DNA of 64,000 bases from a virus. Taxonomy: Duplodnaviria; Caudoviricetes. The stretch is taken from the IMG/VR virus record IMGVR_UViG_3300044624_003554, positions 11,566-75,565 of that record. One strand, 5' to 3'. A program made the position numbers and the translations under genes. The notes beneath the pieces were generated by a model. That model was not told the DNA's origin, did not search any database, and saw nothing but the letters and a program-made list of their open reading frames with translations. Shown one piece after another: positions 55,690-64,000 of this stretch (position 1 is its first letter; every line of letters starts with the position of its first letter).

Positions 55690-55700
55690 ATATGTTAAAT

Positions 55701-56549
55701 TTAAAATGTGAATCTGTGTCTGAAAACTGATAAATCAAAATCAATAAATCCTATATACAAATCTTTTAATAAGTTTTGTTTTAACTTATCGGAAAGCTTT
55801 GACGTATAAACTTCTTTGACAAAAAGCTCTTTTGGATATTGTGATTTAAAATCTTCATAAGAATAATATCCAGTTTTAAGACTCGAATACTCATTAAATG
55901 GATGAGATTCAAATTCGATAAGTGGAATATTTTCATTATAAGAGTCTGCAAAAATCGATAAGACTGTATCTAATTCATAACTATTATTGGCAATGATAGT
56001 TGCTCTCGCTTTTGTTAATGTCTCATTCATTCCGCCAAATGCGAAAGGTTTATTTTTCATACTGTCATTCGACATATAAATTGCTGGAATTTTTTGTTCG
56101 TAAGGTTGATAGTAATCAGTATGAACGTTTGAAACGCTTTGATTTATTTTTTCTTGAACATTTAATACTATATTTTCTTCAGTATCATTCGTGTAATAAA
56201 AATTTATATCTTTAACCGTAAATTGCCCAGTAATATTATTTCCAATAGGAGTTCCGCTTGCAATAAATCTTCCATTATCAAAATCCAGCATATACTTGTC
56301 TTTTTCAAAAGGAACAAAATTACTATTAATATATAAGCCAGAAGGCACATAAACATTTGGCAAGGAAGAATCATAAACCATTTGTTTGTATTGACTTCCA
56401 AAACTTTCATATATGACAGGAAGTCTATCGTCTACATAATGAGTAAACGCACCAGTTTTTACAGAATAGGCTTCAGATTTTTTCATAAAAAAATTCTCAA
56501 ACCATAGCAAATAAGATGTTGCGAGTTTATGTTGGAATTGAGGTTTCAT
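55701..56549 (-). CDS. Putative tail terminator/neck protein
   Basis: Position between the head-tail genes and the tube genes; KIPAIY...ARATIIA pattern. Positional inference only. Confidence 0.4.
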   Translation of the reverse strand: MKPQFQHKLATSYLLWFENFFMKKSEAYSVKTGAFTHYVDDRLPVIYESFGSQYKQMVYDSSLPNVYVPSGLYINSNFVPFEKDKYMLDFDNGRFIASGTPIGNNITGQFTVKDINFYYTNDTEENIVLNVQEKINQSVSNVHTDYYQPYEQKIPAIYMSNDSMKNKPFAFGGMNETLTKARATIIANNSYELDTVLSIFADSYNENIPLIEFESHPFNEYSSLKTGYYSYEDFKSQYPKELFVKEVYTSKLSDKLKQNLLKDLYIGFIDFDLSVFRHRFTF

Positions 56550-57202
56550 TATTCGAGTGAGCTTACTTCTGTAAATATATTTTTACTCTTATTTCCTAGA
56601 GAAGAGAACTTTGTTTTATATTTTTTTAATAAAGTACTGATGTATTGAGTTGGATTGTACCTTGCAGATGGAGATACTTTCTTACTCGATTGAATTGCTG
56701 TTCCAGATCTGGAATCCTCAAAAGCCCTTAAAGCTTTTACGCCAGCTTTTTGAACTGAAAGATAAAAATTTAATCCAGAAATACCAGATTCAATTCCCTT
56801 TGCCCAACTTCTTCCATCCGCCCAAGGCATGGGCGTGACAGCCCAAATATCTTCTGGCGTTGGAATTTTAATATATAAAAAAAGATTGTTGCCGCTTAAT
56901 CTTAGATCTATTCTTGTGGCATTTAATAAATCTAAAATTGGAATAGTTGGATCTTCTGGATAATTAAAACCTATAAAAGAATATAGGTTTCCATAACCTA
57001 CTAGAGTTTGACTGTAATTTTGAGCTGTATTTTTTTCTAACAATTCTCTTGTTACTGGATGTCTTAAAAATTCAGCTATCATTTCTTGTTTAATTTTCTG
57101 AGCAGTTTTTTCAATATCTTTATTTTTGTTTTTAATTACTTTAACTGCGGCGTTTTGCATTTTTTTTCTCAAAACTGCATTAATTTTAATTTGATTTGCC
57201 AT
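56549..57202 (-). CDS. Putative neck/tail completion protein
   Basis: Basic protein coupled to its neighbours in the morphogenesis operon. Positional inference. Confidence 0.4.
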   Translation of the reverse strand: MANQIKINAVLRKKMQNAAVKVIKNKNKDIEKTAQKIKQEMIAEFLRHPVTRELLEKNTAQNYSQTLVGYGNLYSFIGFNYPEDPTIPILDLLNATRIDLRLSGNNLFLYIKIPTPEDIWAVTPMPWADGRSWAKGIESGISGLNFYLSVQKAGVKALRAFEDSRSGTAIQSSKKVSPSARYNPTQYISTLLKKYKTKFSSLGNKSKNIFTEVSSLE

Positions 57203-57648
57203 TAGTTTTCAAGTGGTATTAACAAAAATTTATAATATTGAGGCCCAAACATTCCCTCTGGTTTTCCAGGGCTTTTGATTGCAAACGTTTTACCATCTAA
57301 TTCTACTGTTTTTGCATCTTTTATGTAATTGTAATCTTCTTCATTTACTTTTATATAGACAGCGCCTTCTGGAATAACAATTTTTTCTTGAGATTTTTCT
57401 TGATAAAAATTAGTTTGATCAAATTTTTCGTATTTAATTCTTGCCATTATATTTCTGGAAACTTGCGTCAATTGTTGCGGACCAGCATTTACATTCGTTT
57501 TATATAGAGCGTTGTATGCACTAGTTGTTGCAATGGCTACTTTCTGTCCGAACTTATAAACAGTTATTTCTCTTGCAAAAGTATCATGAATTCGGTCAAT
57601 GATATCTTTAATATTATTCTTCTGATTTTCTGTTAAAAAGCCTGACAT
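57202..57648 (-). CDS. Putative head-closure/stopper protein
   Basis: 148 aa, beta-rich (AKTVELDGKTFAI); first gene of the tail operon. Confidence 0.45.
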   Translation of the reverse strand: MSGFLTENQKNNIKDIIDRIHDTFAREITVYKFGQKVAIATTSAYNALYKTNVNAGPQQLTQVSRNIMARIKYEKFDQTNFYQEKSQEKIVIPEGAVYIKVNEEDYNYIKDAKTVELDGKTFAIKSPGKPEGMFGPQYYKFLLIPLEN

Positions 57649-57656
57649 ATTTATGT

Positions 57657-57662
57657 TTACAC
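57657..57662 (-). promoter_or_regulatory. GTGTAA motif
   Basis: 8 nt before ATG 57648, at the start of the tail operon. Confidence 0.55.
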
Positions 57663-57693
57663 TTTTAATTTTATTATAAAATAGGTATAAGGT

Positions 57694-57984
57694 ATGAACG
57701 CAAAAGAATCTTTAGCAAAGAAATCATCTAAATCAATTAGTCAACTCTTTAAGCAATATTTAATGCTTATTGAAGATCTTAAATTTGAGCATGAGCAACA
57801 AGTAGTTAAAATCAAACAAAACATTCCAAAAGAATATCATGGATATATAGACGCTTCAAATTACTTTACTGAAGCAAAAATGGCTTGGCTTAGAAAAAGA
57901 GTTTTAGATATTGGCAATGAAGCAGTCCGATCAAATGACGATAATCTGCAAGATTTTAGTGTAAGTTTTGTATTTAAAAATTAA
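57694..57984 (+). CDS. Hypothetical protein
   Basis: 96-aa helical ORF, divergent from the tail operon. Confidence 0.6.
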   Translation: MNAKESLAKKSSKSISQLFKQYLMLIEDLKFEHEQQVVKIKQNIPKEYHGYIDASNYFTEAKMAWLRKRVLDIGNEAVRSNDDNLQDFSVSFVFKN

Positions 57985-57999
57985 TATAAGTTAAGGAAT

Positions 58000-58752
58000 A
58001 TGGAATTAAAAAATTTATATAGTTTTACCCTCTTTTCTGAAAGAGAAAACACAGTAGAGGAAAAAAGAGTTGACGAACAAACAAAAGAAGAAATTGTTGT
58101 AATGAAAAAGGTAATGGAAAAAGTGCCTTTTGAAGTTTCTTTGAAAAAGCCAACTCGTCGCCAAATCGAAGAAGCAGATTTGGAATATAGTGTAGAAATG
58201 AGCAAATGCATTAAAAAAGGCATTCTTACAAAAGCCATGTTAGCTAAAAAGTATTCAGATACTGGTGGAATGCTTTCTGAAAACGAATCAAAGAAATTGG
58301 TAGATCTATACAAGAAAATCTACGATCTTCAAAATGAAAATATTCGTTTAGAAAGTTCTACAAAAAAGAAAGAAAATAAAGAAAAAATCGACGCAGTTTT
58401 AGAAGATCTTACAAAAACTCGCAAAGAAATTATTGAGATCGAATCTAATTATAGATCTTTATTTGATCACACTGCAGACTCAAAAGCTCAAAACAAATTA
58501 TTGCTTTGGTATATCTTGAATCTGACTTATGTTAAGCCAGACGGCGAAGAAAAAGAAAAGCCTTATTTTGGAGGAACTGATTTCGAGGAAAAGCTTCAGA
58601 ATTTTTATTTAAAAGAGGAATCTCCAGACGAGCATTATAGCGTTATTTCCAAGAAAGTTTCGACATTAATTGCATTTTGGTTTTTTAATCAAGCCTCAAC
58701 AAAAGAGGACTTCGAAGATCTTGACAAAAAAATAGAAGCTGGTGAACTATAA
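58000..58752 (+). CDS. Hypothetical coiled-coil protein (tail assembly chaperone candidate 1)
   Basis: KKPTRRQ...IKKGILT; paralogous to the next ORF. Confidence 0.55.
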   Translation: MELKNLYSFTLFSERENTVEEKRVDEQTKEEIVVMKKVMEKVPFEVSLKKPTRRQIEEADLEYSVEMSKCIKKGILTKAMLAKKYSDTGGMLSENESKKLVDLYKKIYDLQNENIRLESSTKKKENKEKIDAVLEDLTKTRKEIIEIESNYRSLFDHTADSKAQNKLLLWYILNLTYVKPDGEEKEKPYFGGTDFEEKLQNFYLKEESPDEHYSVISKKVSTLIAFWFFNQASTKEDFEDLDKKIEAGEL

Positions 58753-59713
58753 CCCATTATCTAATAGCCTAATAGATATATTCGATGGGAGAACAGCCTT
58801 TGACCTTAACGGTCAAAGGTTGTTTTTTCGCCATTTTACAATCCGTGATCAAAACTCAATTGCTTCTTCATATGAGAAGTACAAACAAATTGCAATAAAA
58901 AAGGGAATAGAAACAGAAGAACAAATTTATAAAAGACTAAAAGACGATGGGGATTGGTCTAATGATGATGATTTAAAAATTGCAGAGCTGGAAACCTATG
59001 TTAAAAATTTAAAAAATACAAAAGAAAAATTATTTTTACCTTCTCAAAAAGAAAATCATCAAAAATTAATTGATGAACAACAAAGCGAATTAAGTTTGCT
59101 TCTTTTTAGAAAAAGCGAATTAGTCAGAACCAGCGCAGAAGGCTACGCAAACAAAATGGCAAATGAAGAATTTCTGCGCACATTAATATACGAAGATTCT
59201 AATTTAAATAAATTAAAATACTCTGATGAAGATTTCGGCAGTTTAACTTCTGATGATATTGCCGAATTAAGCAAAGCTTATTTTCGCATCTCAAGCGACT
59301 TATCAGATTTAAATATTCAAAATATTGTACTACAAGATTTTTTTAACATATATCTTTCCGCTTGCGAAAATCCATATCATTTTTTTGGTAAATTCATTCA
59401 TCAATTGACCGCTTATCAAATGAAACTATTATTGTATGGAAGAATATTCAATAACATTTTTCAATATCACGACGATATTCCAGACGATATCAAAAAAGAT
59501 CCTCAAGCCATTTTTGACTTTGTTGATTCAAAGAAAAATAGAGAAAATTTCCAATCTCAAAATAAAGATGGAGCGACAGCTATCTTTGGAGCGACTTCTA
59601 GCGATTTAGAAATTTTAGATCCTTCTGCTAGGAAGGTTTCTCTTTCTGAAGAGATTAAAAAAAGTGGTGGTTCTTTAAATATGGAACAGATGATGAAATT
59701 GATGGGACAGTAA
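58742..59713 (+). CDS. Hypothetical protein (tail assembly chaperone candidate 2)
   Basis: RHFTIRD...IKKGIET; GTG start overlapping the previous stop. Confidence 0.55.
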   Translation: MNYNPLSNSLIDIFDGRTAFDLNGQRLFFRHFTIRDQNSIASSYEKYKQIAIKKGIETEEQIYKRLKDDGDWSNDDDLKIAELETYVKNLKNTKEKLFLPSQKENHQKLIDEQQSELSLLLFRKSELVRTSAEGYANKMANEEFLRTLIYEDSNLNKLKYSDEDFGSLTSDDIAELSKAYFRISSDLSDLNIQNIVLQDFFNIYLSACENPYHFFGKFIHQLTAYQMKLLLYGRIFNNIFQYHDDIPDDIKKDPQAIFDFVDSKKNRENFQSQNKDGATAIFGATSSDLEILDPSARKVSLSEEIKKSGGSLNMEQMMKLMGQ

Positions 59714-59725
59714 TGTGTGAACTTT

Positions 59726-62278
59726 TTAGAAGCAATAAAATATTTTTATTGCTTCGTATGTATTATAGAGTGGAAGTGGATTAATCAAAAGTCTTTCATT
59801 AAATGCAAGTTTATCTAAATTAGAATTTGCTACTAAAAGACCTCCTAATCTATCTTCTTTTAAAATTTCACTATCTAAAATCCAATCTGTTGAATCATAT
59901 TTGTATTTTTTAATAGAAAAATCATCTTGAAATATAATTTGATTACCGCTTGAATTTAAGACAATTGGACTCATAGCATAATTACATATACTTGTTCCTA
60001 AATTTGTCCATTGAGATAAATTTTCATTATAACAATATACATTAACCATTGGATTGCAAACAGCACCCCAATAAGGAAATGGAGTACCTATGGCAATAAC
60101 ATTTCCAGATTCATTTAATGAAAAGGCTGTTTGATAAACATTCGGTGGTGGTATGTATATAGGTGATCCTAATTCGCCCCATTTATTTATCCCAGTATTA
60201 TATTTAAATGTTTTTACTGCTCCAGAAAAACTACTTCCATTAAAAGTGCCAGAGGATAAAAGTTCCAGAACAGAAATTGTATCACCAATCCCATTCATTA
60301 CAACTTTATGACCAAAACAAGAGTTATTTTGATTTCCACTTAATATTTGCCCCAATCTAAGCCAACCCGATTGGTTATCATATTCATAAACATGAACGAA
60401 ACCAGAAGTTCTCGACGCACTACTTAAATATGGTCTTACAGGCGCACTAACCACCATTTTATCGCCTTCATTATTTAAATCTATAGAATGTCCCCAACTG
60501 CAACAAAAGTCATCATTGGCGAACCTTGCTCCATTTCCCAAGCCCGATAATGCAACCCAAGTATTGCCAACAGTATTACAATATGCTTTTAAACAGCCTT
60601 CATAATCAGTACCAAAAGACGCATTCCAGCGATTAGATTCTGAAAATATAATTATATTTCCTTTGCAATTTATTTTTACATTAGTAGCAGCAAATCCAGG
60701 GAAACTACAAATATTACACCACACTCCAGACTGACTATTGTATGTATGTATCCTAGCTAATTTATCTCCATAACTTAGAGCGTTTGTATAAATTATGGTA
60801 CAAAAATCATCGCTTGCATCAAGAGAATTAATTAATGACCTCGCTTCACCCCAAGCAAAACATTGCCTTTCATTTATAAAAGCACCTATATTTTTCCAAA
60901 CTTGACTATCATCAAAGCTAGTATAATTTGAATATACATTAAAATATCCACGCCCGTTACAACCACTTGGAGCGCCAATTGCAATTCGATGTCCACCTAA
61001 TGATATTGATTTGCCGAAAAGATCATTGCTTACTGAAGTGTCGTGAGAAAATTTTGAAATAAATTGCCAATTTGATATTTCTTTATTGTAACTATAGAGG
61101 TTAACATAAGCGCATTTATAATAATTTGAATTAGTAACGCATGGCGCTGCAATTGCAATCATATTACCTAAAGGATTCATTGAAATTGAAGTCCCAAATC
61201 CAGTAACATTTTGATCAAAACTGCATATATCTGTTCCTAATTGCATCCAATTTGATGTATTATTATCATAACAATATGTTTTTACGTAATTACACGTAGT
61301 TCCAATTGCAATTATATTACCTCGATCATTAATACAAATGGAAGTTGCAAAACGATGATTAGTGCCAGTGCCACTAATTATTTGTCCCATTTGCAAAAAA
61401 GAAGTTTCATTACTATTTAGGCAATATACAGAAACATAACCAGCACAATTGACGGAATTAATATGTGCGCCTGGAGCACCAATTGCGATTATATTTCCTT
61501 GATGATTTAGCGAATTAGAAGAACCAAGTAAAGAATTCTGATAAATACCAGTAATACTTGATCCAATTTTGTTCCAAATATAACCACTAATTGAACTATT
61601 ATTAGTAACTTCACTAAGTCTTGTTAAACAATATATACCTACACAACCATTATTTGTTAAAGGGCTTATGTTTGCAAATGGACTTCCAACAGAAATTTTA
61701 TTTCCTTCATTATTTAATGAAATAGAACTTCCGAGCATTTCGCCAGCAACTGATCCACAAATTCCACTTGTATATTGCGCATTTTCGATATATGTTTTTA
61801 CACAACCAGCATTTGCTCTGCCAACTGGATCGGCGCATGGAGCGCCGACTGCTATCATGGTAGCTCTTGAAAAAGAAGAATCTTGACCAAAAAAACCGTT
61901 TATTCCAGCAATCGCCACACTTCTTCCAAAATCATCATTTGTCGCCAATCCACTGTATGTTCGTTGCAAAATCCAACACTCATTATAATTAGTTGAAAAA
62001 ACTTTACCATAAACATTTCTAAATATATCGCATTGCATATATACTCTTACTTCACCAACATTATTTGTTTGTCCTGCATCTGAATCGAAAAGGGGCGCAC
62101 CAACAATTAAGCAATTTCCACGTGGATTCATTGCGATAGAAAAACCTAACGCATCGGTAGTTTTTTGCCCTGAAAATGTATTCTGTATTGCAGGTCTAAC
62201 TTTAATAAATTTATTTTCAGAATTGGAAAAAAAGCATCTCTTTGAATCTATGTTATTAAATTTTTTAAAAAAAGACAT
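59726..62278 (-). CDS. FG-GAP/integrin-like beta-propeller repeat protein
   Basis: Repeated FGxSxSxNxxGNxIAxGAP...GxVxVY units; likely start is ATG 62278. Confidence 0.75.
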   Translation of the reverse strand: MSFFKKFNNIDSKRCFFSNSENKFIKVRPAIQNTFSGQKTTDALGFSIAMNPRGNCLIVGAPLFDSDAGQTNNVGEVRVYMQCDIFRNVYGKVFSTNYNECWILQRTYSGLATNDDFGRSVAIAGINGFFGQDSSFSRATMIAVGAPCADPVGRANAGCVKTYIENAQYTSGICGSVAGEMLGSSISLNNEGNKISVGSPFANISPLTNNGCVGIYCLTRLSEVTNNSSISGYIWNKIGSSITGIYQNSLLGSSNSLNHQGNIIAIGAPGAHINSVNCAGYVSVYCLNSNETSFLQMGQIISGTGTNHRFATSICINDRGNIIAIGTTCNYVKTYCYDNNTSNWMQLGTDICSFDQNVTGFGTSISMNPLGNMIAIAAPCVTNSNYYKCAYVNLYSYNKEISNWQFISKFSHDTSVSNDLFGKSISLGGHRIAIGAPSGCNGRGYFNVYSNYTSFDDSQVWKNIGAFINERQCFAWGEARSLINSLDASDDFCTIIYTNALSYGDKLARIHTYNSQSGVWCNICSFPGFAATNVKINCKGNIIIFSESNRWNASFGTDYEGCLKAYCNTVGNTWVALSGLGNGARFANDDFCCSWGHSIDLNNEGDKMVVSAPVRPYLSSASRTSGFVHVYEYDNQSGWLRLGQILSGNQNNSCFGHKVVMNGIGDTISVLELLSSGTFNGSSFSGAVKTFKYNTGINKWGELGSPIYIPPPNVYQTAFSLNESGNVIAIGTPFPYWGAVCNPMVNVYCYNENLSQWTNLGTSICNYAMSPIVLNSSGNQIIFQDDFSIKKYKYDSTDWILDSEILKEDRLGGLLVANSNLDKLAFNERLLINPLPLYNTYEAIKIFYCF

Positions 62279-62288
62279 AAAATTATAA

Positions 62289-63998
62289 TTAAACAAAAAA
62301 TCCTAAAGAACCAAACACGCTAAACAAATTATTTCCAGTTTTAAATGCAGTTATAGAATAAACATTAGTTGCATTAATAATTCCAGTTGGAATGCCTTGT
62401 CCACCTGCCCAATTTACTGTTCTAGATGTTCCATCTATATTTACTCCAGTTAAGGAATAAACTATTGGACCTACATTTCTATGAATAAAACTTACTGACA
62501 AACTATTATTTAATGGTAAAAAAGAATTTAAGCTAGTAGTGCTGTTGCCTCTTAAGTTTATATAGAAATTGCCAGTTGAATTTCTGACATAATACATTGT
62601 AGAGTTGGTTATTATATCAAAATTAATTAAATTTCCACCAGCTCCAGTATCACATACAGTTAATTCTTCATAAAGAGTTTTTACTCCGCTAGTTACACTA
62701 AGAGGTAATTGCGAAACAAGTGCTCCCGTCTGACCCGTAGTAACATAGCAGTTACGTGCGTAGCCAGTTGTTTCGTAAACATCAGCCTGAGACGTTGTGA
62801 TGAAATTTCCCGTACTTCCCGTCCAAACATATTGGCCCGTCTGACCCGTAGTAACATAGCAGTTACGTGCGTAGCCAGTTGTTTCGTAAATGCCTGTCTG
62901 ACCCGTATTAACAAAGCAATTACGTGCGTAGCCAGTTGTTTCAAATCTACCAGTTTCAGAACATAAAGCAAACACACCAGATTGTATTTTACTTGCATCG
63001 ATTGCTGCGCTTTCAGATATGTCAGAATTTGTAATTAAACTCGCTTTACTTTGCGTAACGCCATTGATGACTTTAACCAATCCAGAACCTCCAACCGAAG
63101 GAACTGTCGTATGTATATGAGATGGCGTATTGCCGCCAAAATAAAAAGTAATTGAATGATTATTATTCAAAGCCCTAGCCAACAACTCTACATACAATCT
63201 ATCATTAGTAGATAAAGTCGTTTGCGGCAAAATAACAGATGCGGCATATTGAGATACTGCAGCATCATCATATGCGTAGACATCGTTTGACGTAGCTAAT
63301 AAAGTAGGAGAATTTGATCCATCGTATTTGTAAACTTTTATTTGAAATAATACGTCTGTTGGGCTATTGCTTGAAGCCCAAATATTAAAATCAAATAAAC
63401 CAGCAGGAATCGCTTCCACGCTTGGGTCTAAAACATCAGTAACAAAACCGACAATAGACTCAAAACTTGTTAATAAGTTTGTTTTTTGTATTGCAAGTTG
63501 ACTGGAAACTCCGCTTCTTCCTAATTCAAATGTTCCAGAAATAGAAGCGGGTAAATTTGCAGTTGGAGAGTCTGGGGCTACATTATTATTAAAATAATAA
63601 ATTAATCCACCTCCACCATTGCCACCAGCAGGAATATCACCTGGAACCCAAGAAGTACCATTGAATTGTAGAGTTTGACCATTTATTGGAGCAGCGTTTG
63701 ATACTGGATATCCTTGTATTTTGCAAATTAAAGCGTTATTGGAACCAGCGATAATGCAAACATCTCCAGTGATTGTGGGAATTTGTGATGATAAAAGATA
63801 TCCATTACTTGTGCTTGCAAACACGCTAGTAAGCGTACCCGTTTGAGTGGCTGTGACGTAATCGCCAGTAGGAGCAAACACGCTAGTAAGCGTACCCGTT
63901 TGAGTGGCTGTGACGTAATCGCCAGTAGGAGCAAACACGCTAGTAAGCGTACCCGTTTGAGTGGCTGTGACGTAATCGCCAGTAGGAGCAAACACGCT
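62289..63998 (-). CDS. Tail fibre-like protein with TGQTG repeats (5' end outside window)
   Basis: TGQTG/TQTG repeats, PINGQTLQFNGTSWVP knob motif, C-terminal NLRGNSTTSL...WAGG...YSITAFKTG domain; the frame is open to the window edge. Confidence 0.7.
   Translation of the reverse strand, partial: SVFAPTGDYVTATQTGTLTSVFAPTGDYVTATQTGTLTSVFAPTGDYVTATQTGTLTSVFASTSNGYLLSSQIPTITGDVCIIAGSNNALICKIQGYPVSNAAPINGQTLQFNGTSWVPGDIPAGGNGGGGLIYYFNNNVAPDSPTANLPASISGTFELGRSGVSSQLAIQKTNLLTSFESIVGFVTDVLDPSVEAIPAGLFDFNIWASSNSPTDVLFQIKVYKYDGSNSPTLLATSNDVYAYDDAAVSQYAASVILPQTTLSTNDRLYVELLARALNNNHSITFYFGGNTPSHIHTTVPSVGGSGLVKVINGVTQSKASLITNSDISESAAIDASKIQSGVFALCSETGRFETTGYARNCFVNTGQTGIYETTGYARNCYVTTGQTGQYVWTGSTGNFITTSQADVYETTGYARNCYVTTGQTGALVSQLPLSVTSGVKTLYEELTVCDTGAGGNLINFDIITNSTMYYVRNSTGNFYINLRGNSTTSLNSFLPLNNSLSVSFIHRNVGPIVYSLTGVNIDGTSRTVNWAGGQGIPTGIINATNVYSITAFKTGNNLFSVFGSLGFFV
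62725..62945. repeat. Intragenic repeats: two identical 55-nt copies plus one diverged copy
   Basis: 62725-62779 = 62836-62890; 62893-62945 is diverged. They encode YETTGYARNCYVTTGQTG. Confidence 0.9.
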
Positions 63999-64000
63999 AG
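63817..64000. repeat. Perfect 57-nt tandem repeat (at least 3.2 copies, continues off window)
   Basis: Units 63817-63873, 63874-63930, 63931-63987 and a partial unit; each encodes FAPTGDYVTATQTGTLTSV. Confidence 0.95.

Noticed and set aside
58715-58755. G/GT-type -1 frameshift, or a TTGACA...TATAAC promoter, at the junction of the paralogue pair
   Set aside because: The downstream ORF is in the +1 frame with a TAG just upstream, there is no valid slippery heptamer, and the promoter spacing is 21 nt.
760-63991. Numerous 60-120 aa ORFs antisense or out of frame within long genes
   Set aside because: They are shadows of the main genes or of their repeats (e.g. 2955-3290, 62693-62998, 63728-63991), with no independent expression signals.
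63817-64000. Possible CRISPR array
   Set aside because: The units are contiguous with no unique spacers, are a multiple of 3 nt and lie in frame within a CDS.
1-64000. Alternative genetic code (stop or Cys recoding)
   Set aside because: Code 11 gives full-length, tightly packed genes. TAA, TAG and TGA all terminate genes at sensible points, and the catalytic Cys of RNR use ordinary codons.
1-64000. tRNA, rRNA, integrase, transposase, capsid, terminase or endolysin genes
   Set aside because: No supporting motif or cloverleaf was recognised; the head and lysis genes presumably lie outside the window.

Overview
AT-rich (about 30% GC), densely coding segment of a large tailed dsDNA phage genome, read in the standard genetic code. 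No host genes, rRNA, tRNA, CRISPR array, transposase or reverse transcriptase were recognised. Layout: (i) 1-8.8 kb fibre/appendage genes, a GT9-like glycosyltransferase, a holin-like gene and a fibre chaperone; (ii) 8.8-29.8 kb minus-strand replication/accessory block (APH-fold pseudokinase, ClpC-like ATPase, DnaE split into PHP + exonuclease + core, PD-(D/E)XK nuclease, primase, DnaB, RecA, gmd/methyltransferase/glycosyltransferase cluster, class Id-like RNR); (iii) 30-34.3 kb plus-strand dUTPase, dNMP kinase, sigma factor, SSB, GT4, Hsp20; (iv) 34.3-64 kb tail module. The most striking element is a 3811-aa tape measure protein. Its middle is an array of unrelated cassettes delimited by a repeated G(Y/F)(I/V)PNF(A/S) motif: two restriction-endonuclease-fold modules, a kinase-like module and an EF-hand-loop module. 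This suggests an injected effector polyprotein. Also notable: four internally duplicated tail-tube-fold paralogues with a duplicated Dit, a 97-aa C-terminal domain shared by a fibre and a tail tube, Cys-rich appendage proteins, a GTGTAA motif just upstream of seven starts, and leaderless sigma70-type promoters. All family assignments come from manual motif recognition, with no database searches.
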